Positions 47,490 through 56,218 of a stretch of 64,000 nt of DNA are shown piece after piece (position 1 is the first letter of the stretch; each line of letters begins with the position of its first letter). The position numbers and the translations under genes were made by a program. This stretch comes from a virus: IMG/VR virus record IMGVR_UViG_3300031963_008656, positions 1 to 64,000 of that record. One strand, written 5' to 3'. The notes beneath the pieces are model-generated. The model saw nothing but the letters and a program-made list of their open reading frames with translations. It made no database searches and was not told the origin of the DNA.

Positions 47490-47926
47490 GCTCTTTCTTC
47501 TTTCAGGTAACTTCTCAGCATCCAGCCATGCTTTTGATGAGCATCGATGCGTTCAGCAATGAAGTTAGCAATACCTTGTTGGTTTTCTTCAGTTGCTACT
47601 TGGAAGACTTGATTGAGAAGATCCAACATTTGGCCGTTGTTGGCCAAGAGTTCTTCTAGCATGAGTCGGGCACGTGGAATTTTTGTTTGGCCCTGTATTT
47701 TTGTTAATTCTACAAATCGTTCAAAACTACCAGGAGCATAGTCGCCCAGGGCACGTATGTATTCTGCTGTGGGATCTGTAGCACCATAAACATCGTCATG
47801 GATTGCGTCAAAGAAAGCGTGAAGCTGGCCAAAGTCTGGGCCTTCAACGTTCCAGTGGAACTGTTTGGCTTTGAGAGCAAAAGCCTCCTCAGTTGCCAGG
47901 AGTGTTTTTAAAGCGTCCGCTAACAT
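47486..47926 (-). CDS. dps: Dps-family ferritin-like protein
   Basis: KQFHWNVEGPDFGQLHAFFDAIHDDV matches the Dps ferroxidase signature FHWN..G..F..(L/V)HE..D. Confidence 0.65.
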   Translation of the reverse strand: MLADALKTLLATEEAFALKAKQFHWNVEGPDFGQLHAFFDAIHDDVYGATDPTAEYIRALGDYAPGSFERFVELTKIQGQTKIPRARLMLEELLANNGQMLDLLNQVFQVATEENQQGIANFIAERIDAHQKHGWMLRSYLKEERA

Positions 47927-48100
47927 TCTTATTCCTTTTGTATTCCTTGGGCGTGTTAGGCGTAGGATCAGTTGTATATTTACCACTCAACAAGGATCCG
48001 CCTGATCTTGACACCATGCCTAAGGCCTGGCTCACAGGTGCTATACTACCAGCACTGGTGCCGCCCACTGACGCATTTTCCATGATTTCTTGAATTTTCA

Positions 48101-48400
48101 TTATAGTATTTCCAACTCGCCGCCGCTGTCTATCATGCCCGGGCCATCAACCACACGCCAATTCAGCTGCTGTATTGACGCTAATGTTCCAGGCAATAAT
48201 TCATAGCGCAACTTGTACTTACCTGGTTCTGCGGCAATTTGAAAAGACTCTTCCAAATGCTGATCACGCCAAACCCAGGTGCGTTCGGTAAACAATTCAT
48301 TATTGACATAAGCTCGGTAGGTTGGAGGGTCAGTCCAACCTTGGCAATAAACTTCGCAAATTACCTTGACAAACTTTTTGTTCATAAAGATATTTATCAT
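48101..48400 (-). CDS. hypothetical protein
   Basis: 99-aa ORF. Confidence 0.45.
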   Translation of the reverse strand: MINIFMNKKFVKVICEVYCQGWTDPPTYRAYVNNELFTERTWVWRDQHLEESFQIAAEPGKYKLRYELLPGTLASIQQLNWRVVDGPGMIDSGGELEIL

Positions 48401-48422
48401 TAAGTGGGTCTATAAATATTGC

Positions 48423-49469
48423 ATGCTAAAATTGAATGATATACGCAAAGTGCATGTGGAATTGACCACTAGATGCAATGCCAGATGCCCCATGTGCATG
48501 AGAAACTATCGAGGGTATGATTACAATAGTGGATATCCGCTGTGTGAACTCAGTGTTGGAGATTTCAAGAAAATTCTAACTCCTAACGTTTTAGCACAAC
48601 TAATTCAGCCCGATCCGCCCATTGGAGATCGTGTGCCAATCATATATGAATTTAGAGGTGTGGCATTCAATGGAAATCTGGGTGATTTTGCTTCTGCACG
48701 TGATGCTGTTGAAATAGTAGAATACCTGGTAGAGCATCAGGTACCTGTTATTATCAATACCAATGGTTCTGTGCGCAGTCCAGAATGGTGGGCAAGACTG
48801 GCTCTACCCAAAGTTACAGTGGGTTTTGCCATTGATGGCCTAGCAGACACGCATCATTTGTATCGCCAAGACACAGACTGGCATAGAATAATTTCACATG
48901 CTCAAGCACTGATCAACGCTGGTGGACAAGCTGTATGGAGGTTTGTGCCGTTTGATCATAACCGTCATCAGGAACAGGCCTGCAGAGATATGGCTGCCCA
49001 AATGGGCTTTGCAAAGTTTGAAAATATCTATGATGGAAGAGATCGCACGTCGGTATACAATCGAGACGGCACATTCAGTCACAAGATTGGTCCAGACCCT
49101 GGCGGTCTTACCAATCAAACAGTGCATCCTTTTTTGGAAAGTCATATCACTTGGTACGATGCCAAAACAATCACACATCACAAAGATACTCCTGTGCTAG
49201 ACATGCAGTGTCATCACAAACGCAATCGAGAAATATACATAGCTGCCGACGGCTCTGTTTATCCCTGCTGCTTTTTGGGGTTTTATCCGCATACCATGAA
49301 TCATCCCGGCAATCAAGAACTGGCTCCATTAGTAACAGAAAACAATGCATTGGAATATCCTCTTGAACACTGTCTTGAATGGTTTGAACGTGTGGAACAA
49401 ACCTGGAATGAGTCTAGCATTGCGGCTGGCAGAACTTATCAATGTGTAGTAACTTGTAATCGAACATGA
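48423..49469 (+). CDS. radical SAM enzyme with Cys-rich C-terminal (SPASM/twitch-like) domain
   Basis: VELTTRCNARCPMC CxxxCxxC motif. C-terminal CHHKRNREIYIAADGSVYPCCF...C...C. Start moved to Met20. Confidence 0.65.
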   Translation: MLKLNDIRKVHVELTTRCNARCPMCMRNYRGYDYNSGYPLCELSVGDFKKILTPNVLAQLIQPDPPIGDRVPIIYEFRGVAFNGNLGDFASARDAVEIVEYLVEHQVPVIINTNGSVRSPEWWARLALPKVTVGFAIDGLADTHHLYRQDTDWHRIISHAQALINAGGQAVWRFVPFDHNRHQEQACRDMAAQMGFAKFENIYDGRDRTSVYNRDGTFSHKIGPDPGGLTNQTVHPFLESHITWYDAKTITHHKDTPVLDMQCHHKRNREIYIAADGSVYPCCFLGFYPHTMNHPGNQELAPLVTENNALEYPLEHCLEWFERVEQTWNESSIAAGRTYQCVVTCNRT

Positions 49470-49512
49470 ATAAAGATCTACAACAATTCATGAATCAAAT
49501 TGTCAACTTGTT

Positions 49513-50382
49513 ATGACTGTAGCAAGAGTATTGTTCCTAGCAAGATATCGTGTGCCACATGCATGTTTTGCCATGCAGTGGGACCATAATTTACTGGGCA
49601 TAGATTACACCATAATAGCTTCGCCAGTGCCACAGCATGAACTATGGCCAGTGTTTGAACGCTATGGTATTGATACTTCACAGCTAAAGTACATGAATGA
49701 CAGTGTGATATACCAACGCTATCCTGAAGTCAACAACTGGGTGTTTGACCATGACTATCGGGGCTGGTGGTTGCGACAACAAGCAATCAAACTGGCCTAC
49801 CGAGACCTGTTGGAAGAAGATGTCATACTCATGCATGACTGTGACACTTTTATGATTGAACCTTATAGATGCTGGGATGGTGAACAACTGAATTATCTTG
49901 TGATACCTGACACCAAGCACGGCAGTTATCATGGGGTATTTGAAAGCATTACTGGATTGCCAGAGGCCAGCCCGCATTGTTTTGTGTCAGAGCTTGTGCC
50001 TGTACTGCGCACACACTGGCTTGAATTGCGCAAACTGCTGGCCCAACGTTGGCCCAACAAACTGTGGCTGGACGCTATTATTGACGCTGTTCCTGGCATG
50101 CCCACAATACCTCCCTGGGGCACAGGCGAAATAATCAAATGGTTTTCAGAATATGAATTGATAGGAAACTGGGCAGCATGTTGTGATCCCATCAACTACA
50201 CTTTTCAGAAACGTTTTGAATACAATCAATTGGAGCTGTTGTCTACATTGAATGCCAAAGAGTTCAATGCAGTATGTGATGCTGTGCCGGACCTAAGTCA
50301 AAGCATGCAACTTGATTGGGACACATTGGACATACCTAATTTTGAACATTATCAACACATGGTGAAGCAATGTACACAATAA
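49513..50382 (+). CDS. putative GT-A-like glycosyltransferase (DxD)
   Basis: ILMHDCDTF DxD-like motif. The N-terminal segment resembles the ORF at 52795. Confidence 0.45.
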   Translation: MTVARVLFLARYRVPHACFAMQWDHNLLGIDYTIIASPVPQHELWPVFERYGIDTSQLKYMNDSVIYQRYPEVNNWVFDHDYRGWWLRQQAIKLAYRDLLEEDVILMHDCDTFMIEPYRCWDGEQLNYLVIPDTKHGSYHGVFESITGLPEASPHCFVSELVPVLRTHWLELRKLLAQRWPNKLWLDAIIDAVPGMPTIPPWGTGEIIKWFSEYELIGNWAACCDPINYTFQKRFEYNQLELLSTLNAKEFNAVCDAVPDLSQSMQLDWDTLDIPNFEHYQHMVKQCTQ

Positions 50383-51497
50383 CATACCCAGCAAAGTTCC
50401 GATATCCTGTGTATCAACCTGCATCACAAAGTATTGATGTCACAGCTGATTGGGGTCTGGGCAGATTTGAAACTACCAACGATCCTGCACTGGCGCTGAG
50501 TCAACCGTGGTCTGTAGCAGCATTTCGTGTGCTGTGCAACGAGCCCGGCGTGTTTGATTATGATCCAGCACTGGCTGACATGGATCTCAGTCAGTTTGAT
50601 TTGGTACTGCTGAGTGACATTGAATACTACAGTGTTAAAGAAATACGTGCCTGGATTGAAAAAAACAAAATTCAACGTTATGTGTTGGCAGTAGGCGGTC
50701 TTGTGCAAGGAGAAGAATTGGATCAATCCTGCATGGTGTATCGCCCTTGGTGGGCTTACAATCTCTTGCGACACAACGAATACCAAGACACCTACCAAGA
50801 TCAAAAACCCTACATGTTTGAAGCACTGTTAGGAGCACGTAGACCGCACCGTGACTATGTGATGATGGCCATGGACAAAACTGGGCTGTTGGATCGTAGC
50901 ATTGTGACCTACAGAGATTGCTTTGAAGGCAAATTGATTGACAGAAACTGTGATCAATTTCAGCAGACTTTTTATGACACTCCGCTAAAGTGGCCTTACG
51001 TGAGTGCAAACTTAAATCCTGCATGGGAAGTCACGGACAACATCACTCGCAGTATCAGTCCATATGTGCCCTGGAACATCTATCAACGCAGTCATTACAG
51101 CATTGTGTGTGAAACACTGGGCACTGGCACAACATTTTTCTGGAGTGAAAAAGTTACCAAGTGTTTGTTAGCCAGAAGAATTTTTGTGTTTTTTGGCGCA
51201 CAAGGATTTCTTGCTCGCATGCGCGAACTAGGGTTTGAAACATTTAGCAGTATCCTTGACGAAAGCTACGATGAACATCCTGTGGACAGCATACGATTTG
51301 AACGGGCCATGCATCAGGTATTGCAGTTGGCATATTTTGAAAATCCCAAAGTGTTGTATGAACGCATACAAGCCATACTGGATCACAACCAAGCTAGATT
51401 GCGCAGTTACCAGATTCAGTTTCAAGCCACAATGTCTGATCTACTGCATCAACACATTGAAGGTGGCCATTGGTTATGGGATGACGAAGTGGGTTGA
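50370..51497 (+). CDS. paralog-family protein D (LGFETFSSILDESYD)
   Basis: Same C-terminal motif block as 10373, 13634 and 29316. Confidence 0.55.
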   Translation: MYTITYPAKFRYPVYQPASQSIDVTADWGLGRFETTNDPALALSQPWSVAAFRVLCNEPGVFDYDPALADMDLSQFDLVLLSDIEYYSVKEIRAWIEKNKIQRYVLAVGGLVQGEELDQSCMVYRPWWAYNLLRHNEYQDTYQDQKPYMFEALLGARRPHRDYVMMAMDKTGLLDRSIVTYRDCFEGKLIDRNCDQFQQTFYDTPLKWPYVSANLNPAWEVTDNITRSISPYVPWNIYQRSHYSIVCETLGTGTTFFWSEKVTKCLLARRIFVFFGAQGFLARMRELGFETFSSILDESYDEHPVDSIRFERAMHQVLQLAYFENPKVLYERIQAILDHNQARLRSYQIQFQATMSDLLHQHIEGGHWLWDDEVG

Positions 51498-52289
51498 AAT
51501 GTGCTGATAGAAGTTTTCAGCAATTTTTTCCTGTCCTTCGGGACCAGAATGATATCCAGGGTCGTCTCCTGAAAATGGGTAACTGCCACATATGGCTTGA
51601 GGACTTTTAGTTGTGTCCAATTGTATGTAGTGATCAGGGATAAGTTTAGGAAACGCATCACGCCATAAGGTATGATTGTCAGGATCGAATGGCCACAGCA
51701 AGTTGGGTAGCACTAAAAACTTGATGTCATCCAAGAACATGGTAATCACACCTTCTCGGATCATCCACTCGTCCTGTTGCTTTTTCCAAGCATTGTCATA
51801 GATTGAATCAATCCAGTGACGTATGCCGTTCTGCGCTTGTTTGGTAATGCGGCCCTGTCTGTACGGATGATCAAAGTTTTCTGCAAGAGTAAAAATAGTT
51901 TCGCAGATCATGTTTGATGGCTCCCGACCATAATTTACATTGCGTATGCCATCTTGTCTGTTGTAGCCATTGCCCAGTTTTCTATTTTGTAGGTGTCGTT
52001 CTAGTGGAGGATTTTCCCCGGCGCTGGGTGCCTGTGACCAATCATATGGCACAGAGTTTGCAGGTATTTCCATACGATCCCAGAAGGTAGGACCAATCAC
52101 AGCAAAGTCTGGACGCTGTCTGCGTATCTCGTCTATTTGTATACGGATGCCGCCGTTTGAACAACCTTGGCGTGCTAGGTTAACCAACTCCCAGCCACCT
52201 AGTTTTTCGGCCAAGCGTTCACTCCAAGCAGTGCCTGGCAAAGTTTGACTCACTGCCGAAAACGAGCAGCCTGCTACCATTAATTTCAT
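51474..52289 (-). CDS. GCS(F)(S) N-terminal-motif paralog 3 (SGNH-like)
   Basis: MKLMVAGCSFSAV...NLARQGCSNGGI resembles SGNH blocks I and II with Cys in place of Ser. Confidence 0.45.
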   Translation of the reverse strand: MKLMVAGCSFSAVSQTLPGTAWSERLAEKLGGWELVNLARQGCSNGGIRIQIDEIRRQRPDFAVIGPTFWDRMEIPANSVPYDWSQAPSAGENPPLERHLQNRKLGNGYNRQDGIRNVNYGREPSNMICETIFTLAENFDHPYRQGRITKQAQNGIRHWIDSIYDNAWKKQQDEWMIREGVITMFLDDIKFLVLPNLLWPFDPDNHTLWRDAFPKLIPDHYIQLDTTKSPQAICGSYPFSGDDPGYHSGPEGQEKIAENFYQHISTHFVIP

Positions 52290-52798
52290 AGTGTTTCCTT
52301 GTAACTGTTTCGGTGTTCTTCGCTGTGAAAACTAGCAATAATTTCTTTGTGCATGGGCAATTCGTCTAAGTTGTATGTGCCAGGTGGAATTGTATGTGTA
52401 ACTCCTTCACCAGGCCGTGCAAAAGTTACCAGTCTAGGATGCCACTGCACTGCACGATGTACCAGCACATGATGTATGTGTCCATAGTCTCCTAGTTCGT
52501 CATGGGTGAGCACTAGATCATAATCACGAGCAAGGTGCCAGCAGGCACGGTCGGCAGATTCTTCAGCCCAGCGTGTGAATACTTTTTGCTCGTTGTCATG
52601 CCAGTGGTCTTCAAAGCCCAAAAACACACAGTCGATTCCCCGACGTTTCCAAAACGCCAAAAGTTCTTGGCCTCGGGGATCATGCTCAGTGTACGTTAAA
52701 TAGCCAATGGTCCATTTGTGCTCAGGGTGCGCATGAATATAACTGTAACCAAATATCACACAGTCATCTGGATGCGCTACCATACACAATGCGTTCAT
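52286..52798 (-). CDS. PIG-L/LmbE-family N-acetylglucosaminyl deacetylase-like protein
   Basis: VAHPDDCVIFG (compare AHPDDE) and a downstream HxxH. Confidence 0.6.
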   Translation of the reverse strand: MNALCMVAHPDDCVIFGYSYIHAHPEHKWTIGYLTYTEHDPRGQELLAFWKRRGIDCVFLGFEDHWHDNEQKVFTRWAEESADRACWHLARDYDLVLTHDELGDYGHIHHVLVHRAVQWHPRLVTFARPGEGVTHTIPPGTYNLDELPMHKEIIASFHSEEHRNSYKETL

Positions 52799-53640
52799 TC
52801 AAGTTCCCAAGCAGCAAAATGGCCGCGATCAATCAACAACATCTTAAATGCAGTTTTTTGTTCTGGTAACATTTTTGACCAAGCATTTCGATGAATACTC
52901 ACTGTGAGAGCATTTTTATCACGCATGAGTTCAAGTTTCTTATCAAACTGGTCAACTTCGCTATGACAAACATTTACCACACCGCCAAGTGTGTTTTGTT
53001 TGGTATAAAAATGATCCAAATGTCCATACTTGTATTGACAAAATCCTGAGTACAACATGAATTCTGTCAGCATGCCTTGGCGCTGAAACCATGTGGGAAA
53101 ACTTTCATGTGTTTTGATTGTGGTATCAGCAATCATAAAGCGTACAGTGTCATTGTGGAAGAAAAATGGCACACCGCCAGGGCCAGCTTGTTTGGTCATG
53201 TTGATGTCAAACAGCTGATCCACAATGTTCTTACTGGGTTTAAAAACATCAAATATATCCAATTGTCCCACAGTAAGCTGACCTTGTTCGTTAACCAATT
53301 TGGATATTTCCAAGGGTCTAACAAATATAGTCTTGGCGTCTAATACCATGGTGTAGACATTGTAACTTATAGACGCGGTGAGAAGTTTTAGAATCTGCTG
53401 GCTTACCCAGCCGTTTGCTATCCAAGCACTGCTGAATGCTGTGCGCGGCACTACCAAGACAGAGCTTGCTAGATCACCCCACCATGCTGGATCAATTTTT
53501 TCCGCTAGGGTTTCGTAATCATTGAGCACCACATAGATATTTCTTATGCCTATGTTGCGACAATAATTGTTTATGCTTTGTGCCTGAATTTTAAGGATCG
53601 GCAGTTCCTGTTCAAATACTACTGTGCAGATATCAATCAT
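52795..53640 (-). CDS. hypothetical protein (possible glycosyltransferase, weak)
   Basis: 281 aa; the N-terminal segment resembles the ORF at 49513. Confidence 0.45.
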   Translation of the reverse strand: MIDICTVVFEQELPILKIQAQSINNYCRNIGIRNIYVVLNDYETLAEKIDPAWWGDLASSVLVVPRTAFSSAWIANGWVSQQILKLLTASISYNVYTMVLDAKTIFVRPLEISKLVNEQGQLTVGQLDIFDVFKPSKNIVDQLFDINMTKQAGPGGVPFFFHNDTVRFMIADTTIKTHESFPTWFQRQGMLTEFMLYSGFCQYKYGHLDHFYTKQNTLGGVVNVCHSEVDQFDKKLELMRDKNALTVSIHRNAWSKMLPEQKTAFKMLLIDRGHFAAWELE

Positions 53641-53673
53641 GCAGTTATGTATTTGGGTTTTGGGGTGGCCTAA

Positions 53674-54030
53674 TTATTTTCCTGCTGCAAACAGTGCGGC
53701 ACCGCGATTGAAACTGTCGCTCCAACTTGCAGGTTGTCGGCCACCGCGCTTTTGACTCCAGGCATATCCTGCTCTGTGACCAGAACAGTCTTTGGTGCAT
53801 TGTGAACCTAGAAAACTTAATTCACGCAGTTGCTCGCGGGTCCACTTGTCTGGAATTGTGCCGTGTTTTTTCACAAACTCGTCGTGCAGTTGTTTGCCAG
53901 TAATGCCGTAGTCACGAGCAATGGTTTGCATCATGTGATCAATTGCGCTGTAGCTCTTGGGATCATCTAGATCTTTTTCCAAATCTTCTACAGCGCCTTC
54001 TTTCAACTGTGCAAACTCGTATGCTCTCAT
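53674..54030 (-). CDS. hypothetical protein
   Basis: 118-aa ORF. Confidence 0.45.
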   Translation of the reverse strand: MRAYEFAQLKEGAVEDLEKDLDDPKSYSAIDHMMQTIARDYGITGKQLHDEFVKKHGTIPDKWTREQLRELSFLGSQCTKDCSGHRAGYAWSQKRGGRQPASWSDSFNRGAALFAAGK

Positions 54031-55862
54031 TTTTTAGGTTGCACCGCTGTGGGCATGTTGCGATACACACGCTTTTGGGGATCATACACAGTTTTAAGTG
54101 GGCCCAAGCCAGCCAGTTTCTTTACTCTAGCAATCATGTCTTGATAATCATCACCGTAGTCGGCTTCTTTTTCTTTGGGAGTTGATTTGCTTTCGTCAGC
54201 CTTTTTAGGCAAGTCTGCATAGTCCTGCTTGCGATCAGCACCGTGGAACTCTTGAGCAACGTCTTGGCTGATGCCAACTTTTTTTGCAAATTCAGGATTG
54301 TGTGCGGCTGCTGCCATGGTGCGGAATTGTGCTTGGCTGGTTGACTTTTCATTCAAGTCACCTTCTTGCATGTTCTTTAATAGTTCTTTTGCTTTTTCAA
54401 CACTAACCATTGGTCTTGGGTGCTTGCCGTCTATTACACTTTGTAAATATTCTTTGCTAAAGCCTTTTGGTGCTTCTGCAGCCGGTTTATTATCAGCAGG
54501 TGATGTCATTGTTGCACTTGGCTTGAATCCGCCAGTGAAACCGCCTTGGCCATCAGGAGTAACTCTAGCATTGGCACCACCTGCGCCCAGTGCCATTGCA
54601 CCTGCCAATGCCGCGCCACCTAATTTTTCTTTCCAGCCTTCGTCAAGATCACCTTCCGCTACACCTTGTTCTCTTACACTACTGCGGAAATGTCTGGCAT
54701 CATTTGCATCGTGTTTGCCGCGTTCTAATCCTTTGGCCCATTCGTCATTTTTACGGGCTTCTCTTGTGGCACTATATGGATTGTCTCTGATGGTCATACC
54801 TTGTTTGTATGCTCGACGACCCAGTTCGTATGCTACGCCAACACCTGCTAGTTCATACTCTTCCGCCATGCCTTTCTTCTTCAATGCTTCCTTATTTCTC
54901 ACCCAGCCTTTGCCACCGCATTCTGGGCACTCATCATCGTGTGTATCTATTCCAGTGCCATCGCAAGAACCACATTCATGCTTTTCACCAGTGTTACCGT
55001 AAGCATCTGACTCCGAGCCTTCCGCCATGCCTTGTCCTAGATTGGCTATGTAACCATCAGGGCCAGTCCATTGATCTTTATAGTCTTGCCATTCTTTTAG
55101 ACCCCAAGCTATAGGAAACTGATGCCAAGCCCACATTCCGTGGGTATTAAACTCGCTAGAAAATTCCTGTATGTCAGCCTGTGTAATGCCTGAGGTATTG
55201 GATTGTTTGGCGACCTCAATCAACCAGTGCGCCATAGTTTCGCCACCGTCGTCAAGATTACCTACTTTTTCTAATTTATTAAACCTATCTACACCTTGCC
55301 TTTCAAAGTTGCGGCAAATTTTTTCAAGCCAATTTATAAATTCCTGGCCCCATTTGGCCAATGCTGTTTCTGGGTCGCTGCCTGTTCTTGCAGTGAGAGA
55401 CTTATTCAAACTATCTACACTTTGCCTAGCAGTAGCACCACCTGTGATCTGACCCATCATTGAGTCAAACTTTTGATCGCCAGTTGCTTCCGCCACACCT
55501 TGCTTCTTGTTTAACTCTTTGTTTAGAATCTTTTCAGCATCCTTGGCTACTTTTTTAGCAGTGGTTGCTTTAGCAGTGTATTCTTTTTTGCCGCCTTCAT
55601 CGTTACTACCATCACGCCCTGGAGGTGTTTGTGATTTGTCCATTTCCATCACACCTTCAGACTTGTTGCCATAATTGCCAGCGCCTTTTTTGCGACACTG
55701 AACCAAGCGTCCAGATGCATAGGCTGATGGCCATACTTTTGCTGACGCTTTTACTTTGTAGTAGCAGGCGTCTTTCTTTTCCATCATCAGCATTTCACTG
55801 AACATGGGACCACCACAGTGTGGGCATGACTGTGAGGCTTCAAATAAGTCGTCTATAATCAT
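54027..55862 (-). CDS. large zinc-ribbon protein with internal Rmf-like motif
   Basis: CPHCGG...C and CGSCDGTG...CPECGGKGW zinc ribbons. YELGRRAYKQGMTIRDNPYS...EWAKGLERG resembles the Rmf signature. Lys/Glu-rich low-complexity regions. Confidence 0.5.
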   Translation of the reverse strand: MIIDDLFEASQSCPHCGGPMFSEMLMMEKKDACYYKVKASAKVWPSAYASGRLVQCRKKGAGNYGNKSEGVMEMDKSQTPPGRDGSNDEGGKKEYTAKATTAKKVAKDAEKILNKELNKKQGVAEATGDQKFDSMMGQITGGATARQSVDSLNKSLTARTGSDPETALAKWGQEFINWLEKICRNFERQGVDRFNKLEKVGNLDDGGETMAHWLIEVAKQSNTSGITQADIQEFSSEFNTHGMWAWHQFPIAWGLKEWQDYKDQWTGPDGYIANLGQGMAEGSESDAYGNTGEKHECGSCDGTGIDTHDDECPECGGKGWVRNKEALKKKGMAEEYELAGVGVAYELGRRAYKQGMTIRDNPYSATREARKNDEWAKGLERGKHDANDARHFRSSVREQGVAEGDLDEGWKEKLGGAALAGAMALGAGGANARVTPDGQGGFTGGFKPSATMTSPADNKPAAEAPKGFSKEYLQSVIDGKHPRPMVSVEKAKELLKNMQEGDLNEKSTSQAQFRTMAAAAHNPEFAKKVGISQDVAQEFHGADRKQDYADLPKKADESKSTPKEKEADYGDDYQDMIARVKKLAGLGPLKTVYDPQKRVYRNMPTAVQPKK

Positions 55863-56212
55863 TTCTTTTTAGTGGCCACGTTGATGGCCTTTCCTGTGCG
55901 GTTGGGGTTGGGATCTTGTCTGCGTTTTCTTGCGGCTGCTGACGCACGACCTTTTTTGCCCAGGGCATGTGCTTTGGCTTGCGGCAAACACTTGGGCTTG
56001 CCTTCTTTTGAACTGCCTCTAGCACAATCACCACGGATCTTGCCGTCGGGCCCAAAGCGTACCCACTTGTCTTTGAACCAATCACGGAGATTTTCTTCCA
56101 ACTCGGTTTCGCTCACAGGCACACAATTGGGCACCTGACGACCACCTTTGTTTTTCATGCCTGCTTGGCGATAACCAGTCCAGCAGGCTTCAAGAATTTC
56201 TTTATATCTCAT
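55859..56212 (-). CDS. basic hypothetical protein
   Basis: 117 aa, Lys/Arg-rich C-terminus. Confidence 0.45.
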   Translation of the reverse strand: MRYKEILEACWTGYRQAGMKNKGGRQVPNCVPVSETELEENLRDWFKDKWVRFGPDGKIRGDCARGSSKEGKPKCLPQAKAHALGKKGRASAAARKRRQDPNPNRTGKAINVATKKK

Positions 56213-56218
56213 GATGGG

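Noticed and set aside
47889-48101. 70-aa minus-strand ORF overlapping the N-terminus of the Dps-like gene
   Set aside because: It overlaps the Dps frame by about 100 nt unless the Dps start is the internal Met. The translation is low-complexity Gly/Ser/Thr-rich. It might be a real small gene, but there is insufficient support.
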